Shown: positions 39,447 through 49,886, counted from the stretch's first letter. The stretch: 64,000 nt of DNA from Methanomassiliicoccales archaeon (GCA_026394395.1 JAPKYK010000001.1:223940-287939); one strand, 5' to 3'. The notes: generated by a model not told the origin, from the sequence alone. Numbers and translations are program-made.

Positions 39447-39556
39447 GGGTGCGTTTCGGCAAGAGCCATGGCTCCCGGGGGATTAATCTTTTGCCCGTTA
39501 ACGATTGGTTAGGCTAACAACATTTTAATTAGGGGGAGGAGGTAGGCCGCTCGACC

Positions 39557-40792
39557 ATGAAGGAAGTTCTCGAGCAGGCGCTGAAGGCGCAGGAGCGCGA
39601 CCTGTGCGACCATTGCCTGGGCCGCCCGTTCGCCCACGTGGGCACGGGGACCACGGACGAAAAGCGGGGAGCGGAGCTGCGCGCGCTGATAGACGAGGAC
39701 CGGGCCGGACGGGGGTTGGGACCGATGACGCACACCAGGTGCTCGGTCTGCGACGAGATCTTCGACCAGGTCCCCCGCTTCGCCGAGGCCATCGCCCTCA
39801 AGCTGCAGGAAGTGCAGTACGACAACTTCCTGGTGGGCACCCGGGTCGACCCGGTGGTGCAGGCGCGAGAGGAGGAGCTATGGTCCGTGGTGGGCCAGGA
39901 GCACGCCGAGCCCATCAAATCGGAGCTGAACCGGGAGATCGGCAAGGCGGTCTTCGCCATCACCTCCAAGGACGTCGATTTCAAAAACCCCCAGGTCGTG
40001 GCGCTGGTCGACACCCGCTTCGCCCACGTGGAGCTGGACGTCGCCCCCCTCTTCATCTACGGCCGCTATCGCAAACTGTCCAGGGAGATCCCCCAGACCA
40101 AGTGGCCCTGCCGGGTGTGCCAGGGGAAGGGCTGCCCCCGCTGCGGCAACACCGGCAAGATGTACCAGACCAGCGTGCAGGAGCAGATCGGGGACGTCAT
40201 TATTCCTTACGCTAAAGCTAAGGAGCACTTCTTCCACGGGATGGGGCGTGAGGATATAGACGCCGTCATGATAGGGAACGGGCGGCCGTTCGTCATCGAG
40301 ATAAGCTCTCCGGTGATACGCTCCCTGGACCTCGCCTCCCTGGAAAGGGAGATCAACGAGAAAGGCAAGGGACTGGTGGAGGTCGAAGGCCTCCGTCCAT
40401 CTTCGCGCGAAGAGGTCCGCAGGATCAAGGATGCCACACCGGAAAAGGAGTACCGCGTGCAGGTGTCCATTCACGGCAAAGTTAATAAGGGTAAAGTTGA
40501 TGAGGTTCTTCGCACGTTCAACAGAACCCGTATAGTCCAGCGGACGCCTGTTAGGGTGGCCCACCGGCGTGCGGACCTGAAGCGCGAACGGAGCATCGTC
40601 TATGTCGTCCTGGAGAATTTCCAGGAGGATAAGATGACGCTCCGCCTGCGCACCGAGTCCGGCACCTACGTTAAGGAGTTCGTACACGGGGACGATGGCA
40701 GGACGGAACCCAATCTCTCGGAGATGCTGGGGGTCCCCTGCACCGTGGACTCCCTGGACGTCATCGGGATCATCGACAGCAGCGAGGTATAG
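39557..40792 (+). CDS. pus10: tRNA pseudouridine 54/55 synthase
   Basis: LCDHCLGR, YGRYRKL.R.IPQTKW, GREDIDA catalytic motif, GTYVKEFVHGD.GRT. Confidence 0.96.
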   Translation: MKEVLEQALKAQERDLCDHCLGRPFAHVGTGTTDEKRGAELRALIDEDRAGRGLGPMTHTRCSVCDEIFDQVPRFAEAIALKLQEVQYDNFLVGTRVDPVVQAREEELWSVVGQEHAEPIKSELNREIGKAVFAITSKDVDFKNPQVVALVDTRFAHVELDVAPLFIYGRYRKLSREIPQTKWPCRVCQGKGCPRCGNTGKMYQTSVQEQIGDVIIPYAKAKEHFFHGMGREDIDAVMIGNGRPFVIEISSPVIRSLDLASLEREINEKGKGLVEVEGLRPSSREEVRRIKDATPEKEYRVQVSIHGKVNKGKVDEVLRTFNRTRIVQRTPVRVAHRRADLKRERSIVYVVLENFQEDKMTLRLRTESGTYVKEFVHGDDGRTEPNLSEMLGVPCTVDSLDVIGIIDSSEV

Positions 40793-40794
40793 AT

Positions 40795-41091
40795 ATGGTC
40801 AAAGCATCGCACGGATTGAGGCGGAGAGGCAGGAACGTTCTAAGGAGGACCCCCAGGTCTCGCGGGCTTTCCGCCATCACCCACGAGTTCGTTCAGTTCG
40901 AAGTAGGGGAGCAGGCCCACATCCACCTGGACCCCAGCATCATAAAGGGCGCTCCGCACCTGCGCTTCCACGGCAAGACCGGAACGGTCACCGCCGCCCA
41001 GGGGCGCGCCTATGTACTGTCCGTCAAGGACGGCAACAAGTACAAGACGGTCATATCCCGGCCTGAGCACATGCGCAAAGTGAAGAACTGA
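40795..41091 (+). CDS. rpl21e: 50S ribosomal protein eL21
   Basis: SHG.R, KGAPH.RFHGKTG, KDGNK.K....PEH. Confidence 0.97.
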   Translation: MVKASHGLRRRGRNVLRRTPRSRGLSAITHEFVQFEVGEQAHIHLDPSIIKGAPHLRFHGKTGTVTAAQGRAYVLSVKDGNKYKTVISRPEHMRKVKN

Positions 41092-41093
41092 CG

Positions 41094-41435
41094 GTGGTTA
41101 AAATGACCGCTGATCGCTACGTCACCCTGGCCGAGGTCAAGGAGATGCTCGAGGTCGAGGCCAAGGACCGGGAGTTCACTCCCGAGCAGAAGCTGGCCCT
41201 GGAGCACGCCAAGGGAGCGAAGCTGAGCGCCGCGAAGGCCAAGGAGCTGAGGGCCAAGCTGTTGGAGCTTGACTTCATCGACGACATGAACACCTCCGAA
41301 ATAGTGGCAGTGAAGATAACCGACCTCGTGCCCACCCACTTCGACGATATACGCCTGATCTTCCAGAAGGAGAGGCGGGTCATCGACAAGAAGCAGGGGG
41401 AGCAGATTCTTAAACTGGTGAACGAGTATCTTTAG
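41094..41435 (+). CDS. rpoF: RNA polymerase subunit Rpo4/RpoF
   Basis: VTLAEVKEML, EQK.ALEH, AVKI.DL.P; conserved eL21-RpoF-DUF655-ksgA order. Confidence 0.9.
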   Translation: MVKMTADRYVTLAEVKEMLEVEAKDREFTPEQKLALEHAKGAKLSAAKAKELRAKLLELDFIDDMNTSEIVAVKITDLVPTHFDDIRLIFQKERRVIDKKQGEQILKLVNEYL

Positions 41436-41447
41436 GCTGGTGTCGAT

Positions 41448-41996
41448 TTGGAGGACTACGCTCATATTCTTGACTTCCTACCGCAGGGGATACCCTCGGA
41501 CCGCGGCTTCCGGAAGGAGCCAGTAGCGTACGCCCTAGGCAGCACCGAGTTCAAACTGTTCGAATTGGTCCCCAAGCCCGGGGTCATCATCAACCTGGGC
41601 GAGACCGTTTACATCGGCAAGGAGATGGAGCAGCGGGACAAGGTCCTGCATGTGAAGAGACGTGTCGCTTTCGAGGAGCTCACCGCCGGGGCGCAGTGCG
41701 AGCTTCCGTACGTCATACTGGAGATCGTGAAGGAGAACGAGCCCAAGTTCACGCAGTTCTTCAACGAGGCCCAGTCCATCACCACCCGCCACCACATGCT
41801 GGAACTGCTGCCCGGCCTGGGCAAGAAGACCATGTGGGCCATAATCGACGAGAGGAAGAAGGGGCCGTTCAAGTCCTTCGAGGACATCGCCACCAGGATA
41901 CCCACCTTCAAGCACCCGGAGAAGGTGGTCTCCAAGCGCATCGAGTCCGAACTGGCGGACCCTACACAAAAATACCGCATATTCGTTTCTAGGTGA
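41448..41996 (+). CDS. DUF655 family putative RNA-binding protein
   Basis: EDYA.ILDFLP.G, FFNEA..ITTR.H.LELLPGLGKK. Confidence 0.93.
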   Translation: MEDYAHILDFLPQGIPSDRGFRKEPVAYALGSTEFKLFELVPKPGVIINLGETVYIGKEMEQRDKVLHVKRRVAFEELTAGAQCELPYVILEIVKENEPKFTQFFNEAQSITTRHHMLELLPGLGKKTMWAIIDERKKGPFKSFEDIATRIPTFKHPEKVVSKRIESELADPTQKYRIFVSR

Positions 41997-41997
41997 G

Positions 41998-42807
41998 ATG
42001 ATAAGCGTAGGGGAGCTGCGCTCCCTCCTTGAGCGGTACGGCGTGCGTCCTTCCAAGTCCAAAGGGCAGAACTACCTGGTGGACCGCCGCGTGGCCGAAC
42101 GGGAGGTCGACTATCTCAACATCTCCCCGGACGACCGGGTCCTGGAGGTCGGCCCGGGCTTCGGCATATTGACAGAAGCGCTGCTCAAGCGCACCTCCAA
42201 CGTCACCGCCGTGGAGCTGGAGGAGGGGGCGGTCAGGTACCTCAAGGACGCTTACCCGCAGGTGAACGTGATCCAGGGCGACTTCCTGGAGACGGAGGTC
42301 CCGGAGTTCGACCTGTTCATATCCAACGTCCCCTACAGCATCTCCTCGCCCCTGCTCTTCCATCTTCTGGACCTGAGGTTCAAGCGGGCGGTGATCATAG
42401 TGCAGCGGGAATTCGCCGAGCGCATGGCCGCGCCGGCCGGGGACACCGAGTATTCGCGGCTGTCGGTGAACGTCTACTACCGGGCGGAGTGCAAGCTGCT
42501 CGAGAACGTCCCCCGGTCTCGCTTCTGGCCTGAGCCGGAGGTCGATTCCACGGTGGTCCTGCTGAGGCCCAGGCCCGCCCCCTTTGCCTTGAAGGACGAG
42601 AAGCACTACCTGAAGCTGATCGATGTCCTCTTCCAGCAGCGGCGCAAGAAGATCGGCACCATCCTTAAGATGAAGCACATGCTCCCGGAGGGCGGACGGG
42701 AGACGCTTCCGTACCTGGACGAGAGGGTGGAGCGGCTGACCCCGGAGCAGATAGCCGAGCTCTCGGACCTGTTGCTCGACATGGGAACAACTTCATGCTC
42801 ACATTGA
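41998..42807 (+). CDS. rsmA: 16S rRNA adenine dimethyltransferase
   Basis: GQNYL, LEVGPG.G.LT, SNVPYSISS, QREFAER, YSRLSV, F.P.P.VDS. Confidence 0.96.
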   Translation: MISVGELRSLLERYGVRPSKSKGQNYLVDRRVAEREVDYLNISPDDRVLEVGPGFGILTEALLKRTSNVTAVELEEGAVRYLKDAYPQVNVIQGDFLETEVPEFDLFISNVPYSISSPLLFHLLDLRFKRAVIIVQREFAERMAAPAGDTEYSRLSVNVYYRAECKLLENVPRSRFWPEPEVDSTVVLLRPRPAPFALKDEKHYLKLIDVLFQQRRKKIGTILKMKHMLPEGGRETLPYLDERVERLTPEQIAELSDLLLDMGTTSCSH

Positions 42808-42844
42808 TTACACGGTCAACCAATCGATAATACGGGTGTTTACA

Positions 42845-43621
42845 ATGGTCATCAGCAAGACCGGTATGCCCATAGCGACCCTGGGCGAAACGTTGAAGAA
42901 GGCGGGTCATCTGGAACTAAAGCCCCTGTGCGTGTTCGAGAGCAAGGAGGTCCTGGCAGGTAGCAAACCATTTGGCGAGGTGGACAGATGCTTGGCCAAA
43001 GCCGTTTTCATGTGCGCCAAAGGAGAGGAGCACCTCCTGCATATCGGTGCCGACGCCCGGTCCGGTGTATGTCCTGGTGGACAGACCTGGACTGGCCTGA
43101 CGGAGATGGCCGAAGGACTGAAATTCTTCATATCGACAGGTACCGCGACCTTCAGGCACGGAGAGGCCGAATACTTGAAGCGAGACCCGGAGCTGGTCAT
43201 GCGCAGCAAGGTCTTCGTGGGCAAGGTACGACCCCCAGATCGCTACCTGTGCATCATGCCCAGTCAGGACTTCCGCGAAGGAGAGGGGGTCCCTCGGGCC
43301 ATCCTCTTGTTCGCCGGAGCGGAACAGTTGAGGAACATTCTGGCATTACACCACTTCGGCACTGCGGACGCCTTCACATCCACATCTGCGCCCTGGGGCC
43401 CCAGCTGCGCCTCCTTCCTCAGCTACCCCGCTGGGTTGGCCTCCAACTGCCCCGACCAGACCCTCATAATCGGTCCGGTGGATCCTACCGGCAACAAATG
43501 GATGCCCCCGGGCCTGATGTCCCTGGGGCTCCGTATCAGAGACGCGGAGCGCCTGGTAAGAGACCTGCCATCATCCTTCCTAAGCAAGCGTTCGCAGGTG
43601 GCCTTCCCGGAAGGGAGATGA
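42845..43621 (+). CDS. DUF169 family protein
   Basis: RC, CPGG, E.LKRDPE, GPSCAS, IGPVD pattern. Confidence 0.75.
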   Translation: MVISKTGMPIATLGETLKKAGHLELKPLCVFESKEVLAGSKPFGEVDRCLAKAVFMCAKGEEHLLHIGADARSGVCPGGQTWTGLTEMAEGLKFFISTGTATFRHGEAEYLKRDPELVMRSKVFVGKVRPPDRYLCIMPSQDFREGEGVPRAILLFAGAEQLRNILALHHFGTADAFTSTSAPWGPSCASFLSYPAGLASNCPDQTLIIGPVDPTGNKWMPPGLMSLGLRIRDAERLVRDLPSSFLSKRSQVAFPEGR

Positions 43622-43707
43622 ACCTGGTGCCTGAGGCGCAGAAGTGACGAGCCGGTCTCAGGCAATCATTTTTTACCCAGGCCACCTTATGGATAGCAGG
43701 AGAGAAA

Positions 43708-44898
43708 ATGCTCATCGGTATTGTCGGGAAACCCAACGTGGGCAAGTCCACGTTCTTTTCGGCGGCCACCATGGCCACAGTGGAGATCGCCAATTACCCC
43801 TTCACCACCATCAAGCCCAACAAGGGCATGGGCTTCGTGCGCGCCAAGTGCCCGCATCTGGACTTCAACGTCAAGTGCCAGCCTCGAAATTCTGCCTGCG
43901 AGAACGGGGTGCGCCTGGTGCCCGTCGAGCTTCTCGACGTGGCCGGGCTGGTCCCCGACGCCTGTCAAGGCAAAGGCCTGGGGAACCAGTTCCTCGACGA
44001 TCTAAGACAGGCGGACGCCTTCATCCACGTCATTGACGCCAGCGGCTCCACCGACTGTGAGGGAAACTCCGTCCCGCACGGCAGCCACGACCCGGTGGAG
44101 GACCTGATCTTCCTGGAACGGGAGATAGTCCAGTGGATGAAGGGCATCATGATGAAGGGCTTTGACAAGATCGCCCGGGGAGCCCATCTAGAAGGCGATA
44201 AGATCGAGGAGGTCATCCACGAGCGCCTCACCGGCCTGGGGGTCACCGAGGCGCAGGTGTCGGCGGCCCTGCGCGCCTCCGACATGCCGGCCAAGATCAT
44301 CGACTGGAAGGACGAGGACATGTTCCGCCTGGCGCAGCACATCCGCCGCCAGAGCAAGCCCATGCTCATCGCCCTGAACAAGGCTGATGTGGCCGACCCC
44401 GCCCTGATAAAGAGGCTGAGCGAACTGGAAGGCTTCATGACCATTCCCACCTGCGCGGAGACCGAGCTGGCGTTGCGTAGGGCGACCAAGGCCGGCCTCA
44501 TCAGCTACACTCCCGGGGACGAGAAGTTCAAGGTCAACGACCCCGGCAAACTGAACGCCAATCAGAAGAAAGCATTGGACTACATGGCCCAGGTCATGCA
44601 GAGGTACGGCGGCACCGGGGTGCAGAAATGCCTGGAGATGGTGGCCTACCAGATGCTGGAACAGATCGTGGTCTACCCGGTGGAGGACGAGACCCACCTG
44701 ACCGACCACGACGGCCGCGTGCTGCCGGACGCCTTCATGCTGAAGAACGGCAGCAACGCCAGGGACCTGGCCTACAAGGTCCACAGCGACCTGGGGGACA
44801 ATTTCATAAGGGCCATCAACGCCCGCACCCACCGGGTGGTGGGGCACGACCACCTGCTGGAGAACGGGGACGTGATGACCATAGTGGCCAGGAGATGA
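43708..44898 (+). CDS. ychF: Obg-family ATPase/GTPase YchF (archaeal type)
   Basis: GKPNVGKST, NYPFTTI.PN, DVAGLVP, GLGNQFL, NKAD, C-terminal TGS domain. Confidence 0.93.
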   Translation: MLIGIVGKPNVGKSTFFSAATMATVEIANYPFTTIKPNKGMGFVRAKCPHLDFNVKCQPRNSACENGVRLVPVELLDVAGLVPDACQGKGLGNQFLDDLRQADAFIHVIDASGSTDCEGNSVPHGSHDPVEDLIFLEREIVQWMKGIMMKGFDKIARGAHLEGDKIEEVIHERLTGLGVTEAQVSAALRASDMPAKIIDWKDEDMFRLAQHIRRQSKPMLIALNKADVADPALIKRLSELEGFMTIPTCAETELALRRATKAGLISYTPGDEKFKVNDPGKLNANQKKALDYMAQVMQRYGGTGVQKCLEMVAYQMLEQIVVYPVEDETHLTDHDGRVLPDAFMLKNGSNARDLAYKVHSDLGDNFIRAINARTHRVVGHDHLLENGDVMTIVARR

Positions 44899-44901
44899 GG
44901 C

Positions 44902-47334
44902 ATGGGCGAATGGGACGTCCGGCTGCTCACCGCTTCCTACTCGAAGACGGACAACGACAACATCGTCGTCGAGCTGTACGGAAAGACGCGTGACGGGCGC
45001 TCCATCACCATGCGCCGCACCGGCTTCCGCCCCTACTTCCACGTGGCCGCGCCGCCGGAGGACGTGCTGCCCTACGTGCAGGGCAAGGACGACTTCCTGG
45101 CCATAGACCCCGTGGAGCTGTTCCTGATCAACAAGGGCCGGACGCAGACCTGCTCCAAAGTGGTTATCAAGTTCCCCTGGGTGGTGCCGCAGTACCGCTC
45201 CGAGCTAAAGAGGCAGGGCTTCGAGGTCTACGCCGCGGACATACCGTTCCACCACCGCTTCATCTACGACAACGATCTGCCGGCCTGCTTCACCGCCAAA
45301 GGCGAGGAGATCAAGGGCGATTACACCACGGACCTGGCCATCAACCTGCGAGGCTTCACCGAGATACCCCCCTTCACGCCGAAGCTGAAGGTGCTCAGCT
45401 TCGACATAGAGAACTCCATCACCGACCAGATGATCTACACCATCTGCTACGTCATCAAGGATGAGGGCGGGGTACGTAGCGGGGAACCGGTCACGGGGAC
45501 GGAGAAAGAGATCATCGAACGCTTCACCGAGGTCATCCAGATGGAGGACCCGGACATCATCACCGGCTACAACATCGACGGGTATGACATACCGTTCATA
45601 ATGGGGCGGGCCAAGAAGCTGGGGATAGAAGAGCTCAAGTGGGGCCGGGACCACTCCACCCCGCGCCGGGTGATGAACCGCTTCTGGCGCTGCACCGGCC
45701 GGCTCATCACCGACGCTTGGTGGGCGGTGAAGATCGAGATAAAGCCCAAGCAGGAGACGCTCAACGCCGTGTCCAAGCTCCTCCTGGGCGAAGAGAAGCT
45801 AGACGTGGACATGAAGATGAAGGTGGGCGAGGACTACGATCCCCGGGCCATCGACAAGGAATGGACCAACAATCGAGACAAGGTGCTGGCGTACTGCACG
45901 AGGGATGCCGAGCTGGCGCTCAAGATCCTAGGAAAGGTCGGCCGCATACGGAAAGGCATGGATTTGGCCGCCGTTTCGCGCATGCCGGTGGACGACGTGC
46001 TGAACAGTGGCTCCTCCCAGCTCATCGACTCCATAATGATACGCGCGGCCGACCGCCACGTCCCGCAGGTGGCCGTGCCGTTGACAAGCAACTTCGATGA
46101 CGACGAGGAGGCCATCGAGGGCGGGTACGTGCACGAGATATCTCCCGGAGTATACCACTGGGTGTGCGTCCTGGACTTCAAGTCCATGTACCCCAGCCTG
46201 ATCATCTCCCGCAACATCTGCTTCACCACCCGCGACGACAAGGGGGAGATAGTCTCCCCGTTGGGCGTGCACTTCCTGAGCAAGGAGCAAAGGCCGGGCA
46301 TCCTGCCGTCGATACTGGCCGACCTGATGCACCGGCGCGACGAGACCAAGGCCCTGGCCAAAAAGGCCAAGGACCCCGAGGAGGCGCACTATTACGACGG
46401 TCTCCAAGCGGCCATCAAGATCCTCATGAACTCCTTCTACGGGGTGTTCGCCTCCTCCTTCTACCGCTTCACCGACCGCAGCATCGGCGGCAGCATCACC
46501 GCCTTCGCCAGGGAGACGACAAAAGGCATCATCAGTTCCCTGGAGGGAGAGGGGACCAAGGTCATCTACTCCGACACCGACTCGGTTTTCGTGCAGTCAC
46601 CGCACGACAACATAGAAGGTTCCCTGGCCTTCGGCAAGGAGCTGGCGACGCGTTTCTCCAAGGAGGGCGGCTCCCTGGAGTTCGAGAAGATCATGGAGCC
46701 GCTCTTCTCCCACGGCAAGAAGAAGAGGTACGTCGGGCGCATGGTCTGGCCCAAGGAGGAGCTGGTCATACGCGGCTACGAGGTGCGCCGCACCGACGCC
46801 TTCGACCTGCAGTCCGAATCCCTGATGGCCATGTTCGAGTTCATCATGGACGGGAAGACCGAGGAGGCGGTGAAGTCCGCACGGAACTACGTGCAGGACA
46901 CCCTGGCCGGGAAGGTGCCGTTGGAGAAGCTCATCATCTCCAAGGGCTGCCGGGCTTTCAAGGACTACACCAACCCGGAGGCCCAGGCCACCGTCCAAAC
47001 GGCCAAGAAGCTCATTGAGATGGGGTACGAATTTGTCCCAGGCATGAAGGTCTCCTGGGTGGTCACCAACTCCCGCAGGAAGCCGCAGGAAGTACAACCG
47101 TACATCTCCGGCCAGGAGTTCACCTATACCCCCGACTACCGCTACTATGCGGAGCGCTTGGCGCAGACGCTGTCGCGCGCGACGGAGGTCTTCGGTTGGG
47201 GAGACAAGGACCTCATGAGCGGCAACCAGCAGGCCAACCTCTTCGACTACGATCCGGAGGAGAAGAAACCGGTCATAAGGCTGGAGCAGGTCAAGAAGAC
47301 GGACAAGAAATTGTCGCTGGACGACTTCATGTGA
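44902..47334 (+). CDS. polB: Family B DNA polymerase (no intein)
   Basis: Exo FDIE and GYNIDGYD; pol DFKSMYPS, KILMNSFYG, YSDTDS, KKRY. Confidence 0.97.
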   Translation: MGEWDVRLLTASYSKTDNDNIVVELYGKTRDGRSITMRRTGFRPYFHVAAPPEDVLPYVQGKDDFLAIDPVELFLINKGRTQTCSKVVIKFPWVVPQYRSELKRQGFEVYAADIPFHHRFIYDNDLPACFTAKGEEIKGDYTTDLAINLRGFTEIPPFTPKLKVLSFDIENSITDQMIYTICYVIKDEGGVRSGEPVTGTEKEIIERFTEVIQMEDPDIITGYNIDGYDIPFIMGRAKKLGIEELKWGRDHSTPRRVMNRFWRCTGRLITDAWWAVKIEIKPKQETLNAVSKLLLGEEKLDVDMKMKVGEDYDPRAIDKEWTNNRDKVLAYCTRDAELALKILGKVGRIRKGMDLAAVSRMPVDDVLNSGSSQLIDSIMIRAADRHVPQVAVPLTSNFDDDEEAIEGGYVHEISPGVYHWVCVLDFKSMYPSLIISRNICFTTRDDKGEIVSPLGVHFLSKEQRPGILPSILADLMHRRDETKALAKKAKDPEEAHYYDGLQAAIKILMNSFYGVFASSFYRFTDRSIGGSITAFARETTKGIISSLEGEGTKVIYSDTDSVFVQSPHDNIEGSLAFGKELATRFSKEGGSLEFEKIMEPLFSHGKKKRYVGRMVWPKEELVIRGYEVRRTDAFDLQSESLMAMFEFIMDGKTEEAVKSARNYVQDTLAGKVPLEKLIISKGCRAFKDYTNPEAQATVQTAKKLIEMGYEFVPGMKVSWVVTNSRRKPQEVQPYISGQEFTYTPDYRYYAERLAQTLSRATEVFGWGDKDLMSGNQQANLFDYDPEEKKPVIRLEQVKKTDKKLSLDDFM

Positions 47335-47352
47335 GAGGCTCCGTGCGCATCG

Positions 47353-47360
47353 TTTAAATA
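47353..47360 (+). promoter_or_regulatory. TATA box for rpl15e
   Basis: TTTAAATA about 25 nt before the structured leader. Confidence 0.7.
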
Positions 47361-47380
47361 GAGCTACATTATTTGAGGCC

Positions 47381-47465
47381 GCTGTAGCGAGATGCGTCTC
47401 GCCGGAGTTGTACCCCGAAAGGGGCGAATCCCGAAGCGCCACCCTTGGTGGCACTGGTGATACAA
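47381..47465 (+). ncRNA. Structured 5' leader of rpl15e (candidate eL15 r-leader)
   Basis: Three hairpins: GCGAGA/TCTCGC, CCCC-GAAA-GGGG, GCCACC/GGTGGC, just before GGTGA and ATG 47466. Confidence 0.65.
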
Positions 47466-48104
47466 ATGGTTGACAAGAAGGTTGACGATAACGAGGAAGA
47501 ACCGAGGCCCGTGAACGGTAAGAGCTTTTACTCTTACATCTCCAAGGCCTGGGACCGACCCGAGGCTTCTTACGTAAAGGCTCTTCAATGGGAACGTTAC
47601 ATCTCCTGGAGGCGGGAGAAGAACTTCAGCCGCATCGAGAGGCCGACCCGCCTAGACCGCGCCCGCGCCCTTGGCTACAAGGCCAAGCAGGGCATCATCA
47701 TGGTCCGTGGCCGCGTCCGCAAGGGCGGGCTGCAGAAGCGCAAGATCTGGAAGGGACGCCGGTCCAAGCGCGAGGGTATGAAGAAGATCACCATGGGCAA
47801 GAGCATCAAGAGGATCGCCGAGGAGAGGGCGGCCAAGCACTTCCCCAACATGGAGGTCCTCAACTCCTACTGGGTCGGCGAGGATGGCAAGAACGTGTGG
47901 TTCGAGATCATCCTGGTCGACAAGCACCACCCCTCGGTCATGGCCGACAAGAACCTGAACTGGCTGTGCGACAACGCCAACAAGGGCAGGGTCTACCGCG
48001 GTAAGACCTCCGCCGGCCGCAAGGGCCGCGGACTGCACTGGAAGGGCAAGGGTGCCGAGAAGGCCCGCCCCTCGGTGCGCGCCCACGACCACGGCATAAA
48101 GTAG
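47466..48104 (+). CDS. rpl15e: 50S ribosomal protein eL15
   Basis: [43 protein letters not shown]. Confidence 0.98.
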   Translation: MVDKKVDDNEEEPRPVNGKSFYSYISKAWDRPEASYVKALQWERYISWRREKNFSRIERPTRLDRARALGYKAKQGIIMVRGRVRKGGLQKRKIWKGRRSKREGMKKITMGKSIKRIAEERAAKHFPNMEVLNSYWVGEDGKNVWFEIILVDKHHPSVMADKNLNWLCDNANKGRVYRGKTSAGRKGRGLHWKGKGAEKARPSVRAHDHGIK

Positions 48105-48113
48105 GCCTCTGGC

Positions 48114-48965
48114 CTACTTAGAAATCTCTTCCAAACGCCTTTCCACTTCTTCTTTTGACATTCCGATGAGAGGATGGTATATCGGAACGTTCACGTCCAG
48201 GCGCGGAGCGGATGCTACCTCGGCCAGGTCCCAGCCCACAACCACGCCCGCGACCTTCCTGACATGCACTTCCCTCTCCAAGTGCCCGCTTATCTTCCAG
48301 GGCTCGGGGTCCCATCGTTCTAGTATATGCAACGCTTCCGGGTCATCGCCCAACAGCAGCACCCGGCAGCCCCGCTTCATCATCATCCAGGCGGCCAGCG
48401 CGTCCCTCCTATTTTCGATGACGGCCACCACCTTGCCCTGACTACCCATGGGAAGCCCGCCCGGCCCCTCCAGATACTCGCTGAAGACGTAGGCGCGCTT
48501 GTCGCGCACCTCCACGTAGACCACCAGGTCGGGATGGTGCAGGTCCACCCGCACCCCGCGGGGCTTCAATGCCTCGAAAATCTCCTCTCCGGCCTGGGCC
48601 GCCAGCTGCATGCTGGTATAGGGATGGGTGCCGTTCCGGCGGGCGTCCACCTTGAAGCTGCCGCTGTCCTTCAGCAGGGGGGCGGCCACCTGTAGCGCCA
48701 ATTTACGGACCTCGCCGACGTCCGACGTGCATTCCCTCACTACGCTCAGCGAGGAGATGCCGAAGACCCGGCGCAGCACGGCCGCGGCCTCCTGCGGTTG
48801 ACCGGTGGTGACGAAAAGGCGGCCGTACTGGCTTTCGATGAAGGCCTCCACTCGTTCCTGGGCCAGGGAGGCCATCATATTGTGGATGAGCACCCTCTCG
48901 AAGTGGCGGCGGATGCCCGGGCCCTTCAGCCCCATCTCGGCGTACCTGATCAACAGCAGGCCCAT
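48114..48965 (-). CDS. ThiI-like THUMP protein with degenerate PP-loop domain
   Basis: IRYAEMGLKG, VFGISS, VDLHHPD..VYVEVR, GPGGLPMGSQGK, AAWMMMKRG; SGGIDS absent. Confidence 0.85.
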   Translation of the reverse strand: MGLLLIRYAEMGLKGPGIRRHFERVLIHNMMASLAQERVEAFIESQYGRLFVTTGQPQEAAAVLRRVFGISSLSVVRECTSDVGEVRKLALQVAAPLLKDSGSFKVDARRNGTHPYTSMQLAAQAGEEIFEALKPRGVRVDLHHPDLVVYVEVRDKRAYVFSEYLEGPGGLPMGSQGKVVAVIENRRDALAAWMMMKRGCRVLLLGDDPEALHILERWDPEPWKISGHLEREVHVRKVAGVVVGWDLAEVASAPRLDVNVPIYHPLIGMSKEEVERRLEEISK

Positions 48966-49040
48966 GCCCCTTCCATGCCAAGCGGGGTAATAAACAATTC
49001 TCCCGCTAGCATTATGAGATAGGGCGGGAATGACCGGAGG

Positions 49041-49886
49041 ATGGATGCGCTGGTCCTGTTGCTCGTCGCCGTGCTGTGCATGAGCGCAGGCACGATCGGC
49101 GCGATGATGGGCATCGGCGGAGGACTGATCATCATCCCTCTGCTGACCCTCGGCTTCGGCATCCCCATGCAGGAGGCCATCGGCGCCAGCCTCATCGGCG
49201 TGATCGCCACCTCCACCGGGGCGGCCACTAAATACGTCAAGCAGGGGCTGACCAACGTGCGGCTGGCACTGTTCCTGGAGATGTCCACCACCGTCGGTTC
49301 GATAGTCGGCGCGCTCATCGCCGTCTACACGGACCAGACGGTTCTCTTCCTGCTCTTCTCCATGCTCCTGGTCTACGCCGGGCTCACCATGCTCCGTCAC
49401 CGGGAGAAGCGCATCTCCCCCGAGGACGCGGCCATCGACGGCCAGATGCTGGACCTTTCCTGTCAGTACGTCGACCCCAAGGACAGCTGCGAGGTCAGTT
49501 ACGGGGTCAAGGGCCTGAAGAAAGGGCTGGCCTACAGCTCCGTAGCCGGCATTCTCTCCGGGCTGCTGGGCGTCGGCGGCGGGCTGATCAAAGTGCCGGT
49601 GATGAACGTGTGCATGTGCGTTCCGTTGAAGGCGGCCACGGCCACCAGCAACTTCATGATCGGGGTGACCGCCCTCACCGGCGCCATAATCTTCTACGGG
49701 CACGGGCTGCTGGACGCCTACCTGTGCGCCGCCGTGGCCCTGGGCGTGTTCGCCGGGGCGTATGTGGGAACGGTGCTCATGGCCAAGCGTTCGTCGGAAC
49801 AGCTGCGGGGCTGGTTCGCCGTCCTGCTGTTCATTGTGGCCGTGACCATGGTCCTGAAGGCCTTCGGCATCTACGGAGGTGCCTGA
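49041..49886 (+). CDS. TauE/SafE family membrane protein
   Basis: GIGGG...IP and GLLGVGGG..KVP repeats, ATATSNFMIG. Confidence 0.9.
   Translation: MDALVLLLVAVLCMSAGTIGAMMGIGGGLIIIPLLTLGFGIPMQEAIGASLIGVIATSTGAATKYVKQGLTNVRLALFLEMSTTVGSIVGALIAVYTDQTVLFLLFSMLLVYAGLTMLRHREKRISPEDAAIDGQMLDLSCQYVDPKDSCEVSYGVKGLKKGLAYSSVAGILSGLLGVGGGLIKVPVMNVCMCVPLKAATATSNFMIGVTALTGAIIFYGHGLLDAYLCAAVALGVFAGAYVGTVLMAKRSSEQLRGWFAVLLFIVAVTMVLKAFGIYGGA

Noticed and set aside
44902..47334. Intein in PolB
   Set aside because: Length and motif spacing are normal, with no splicing motifs
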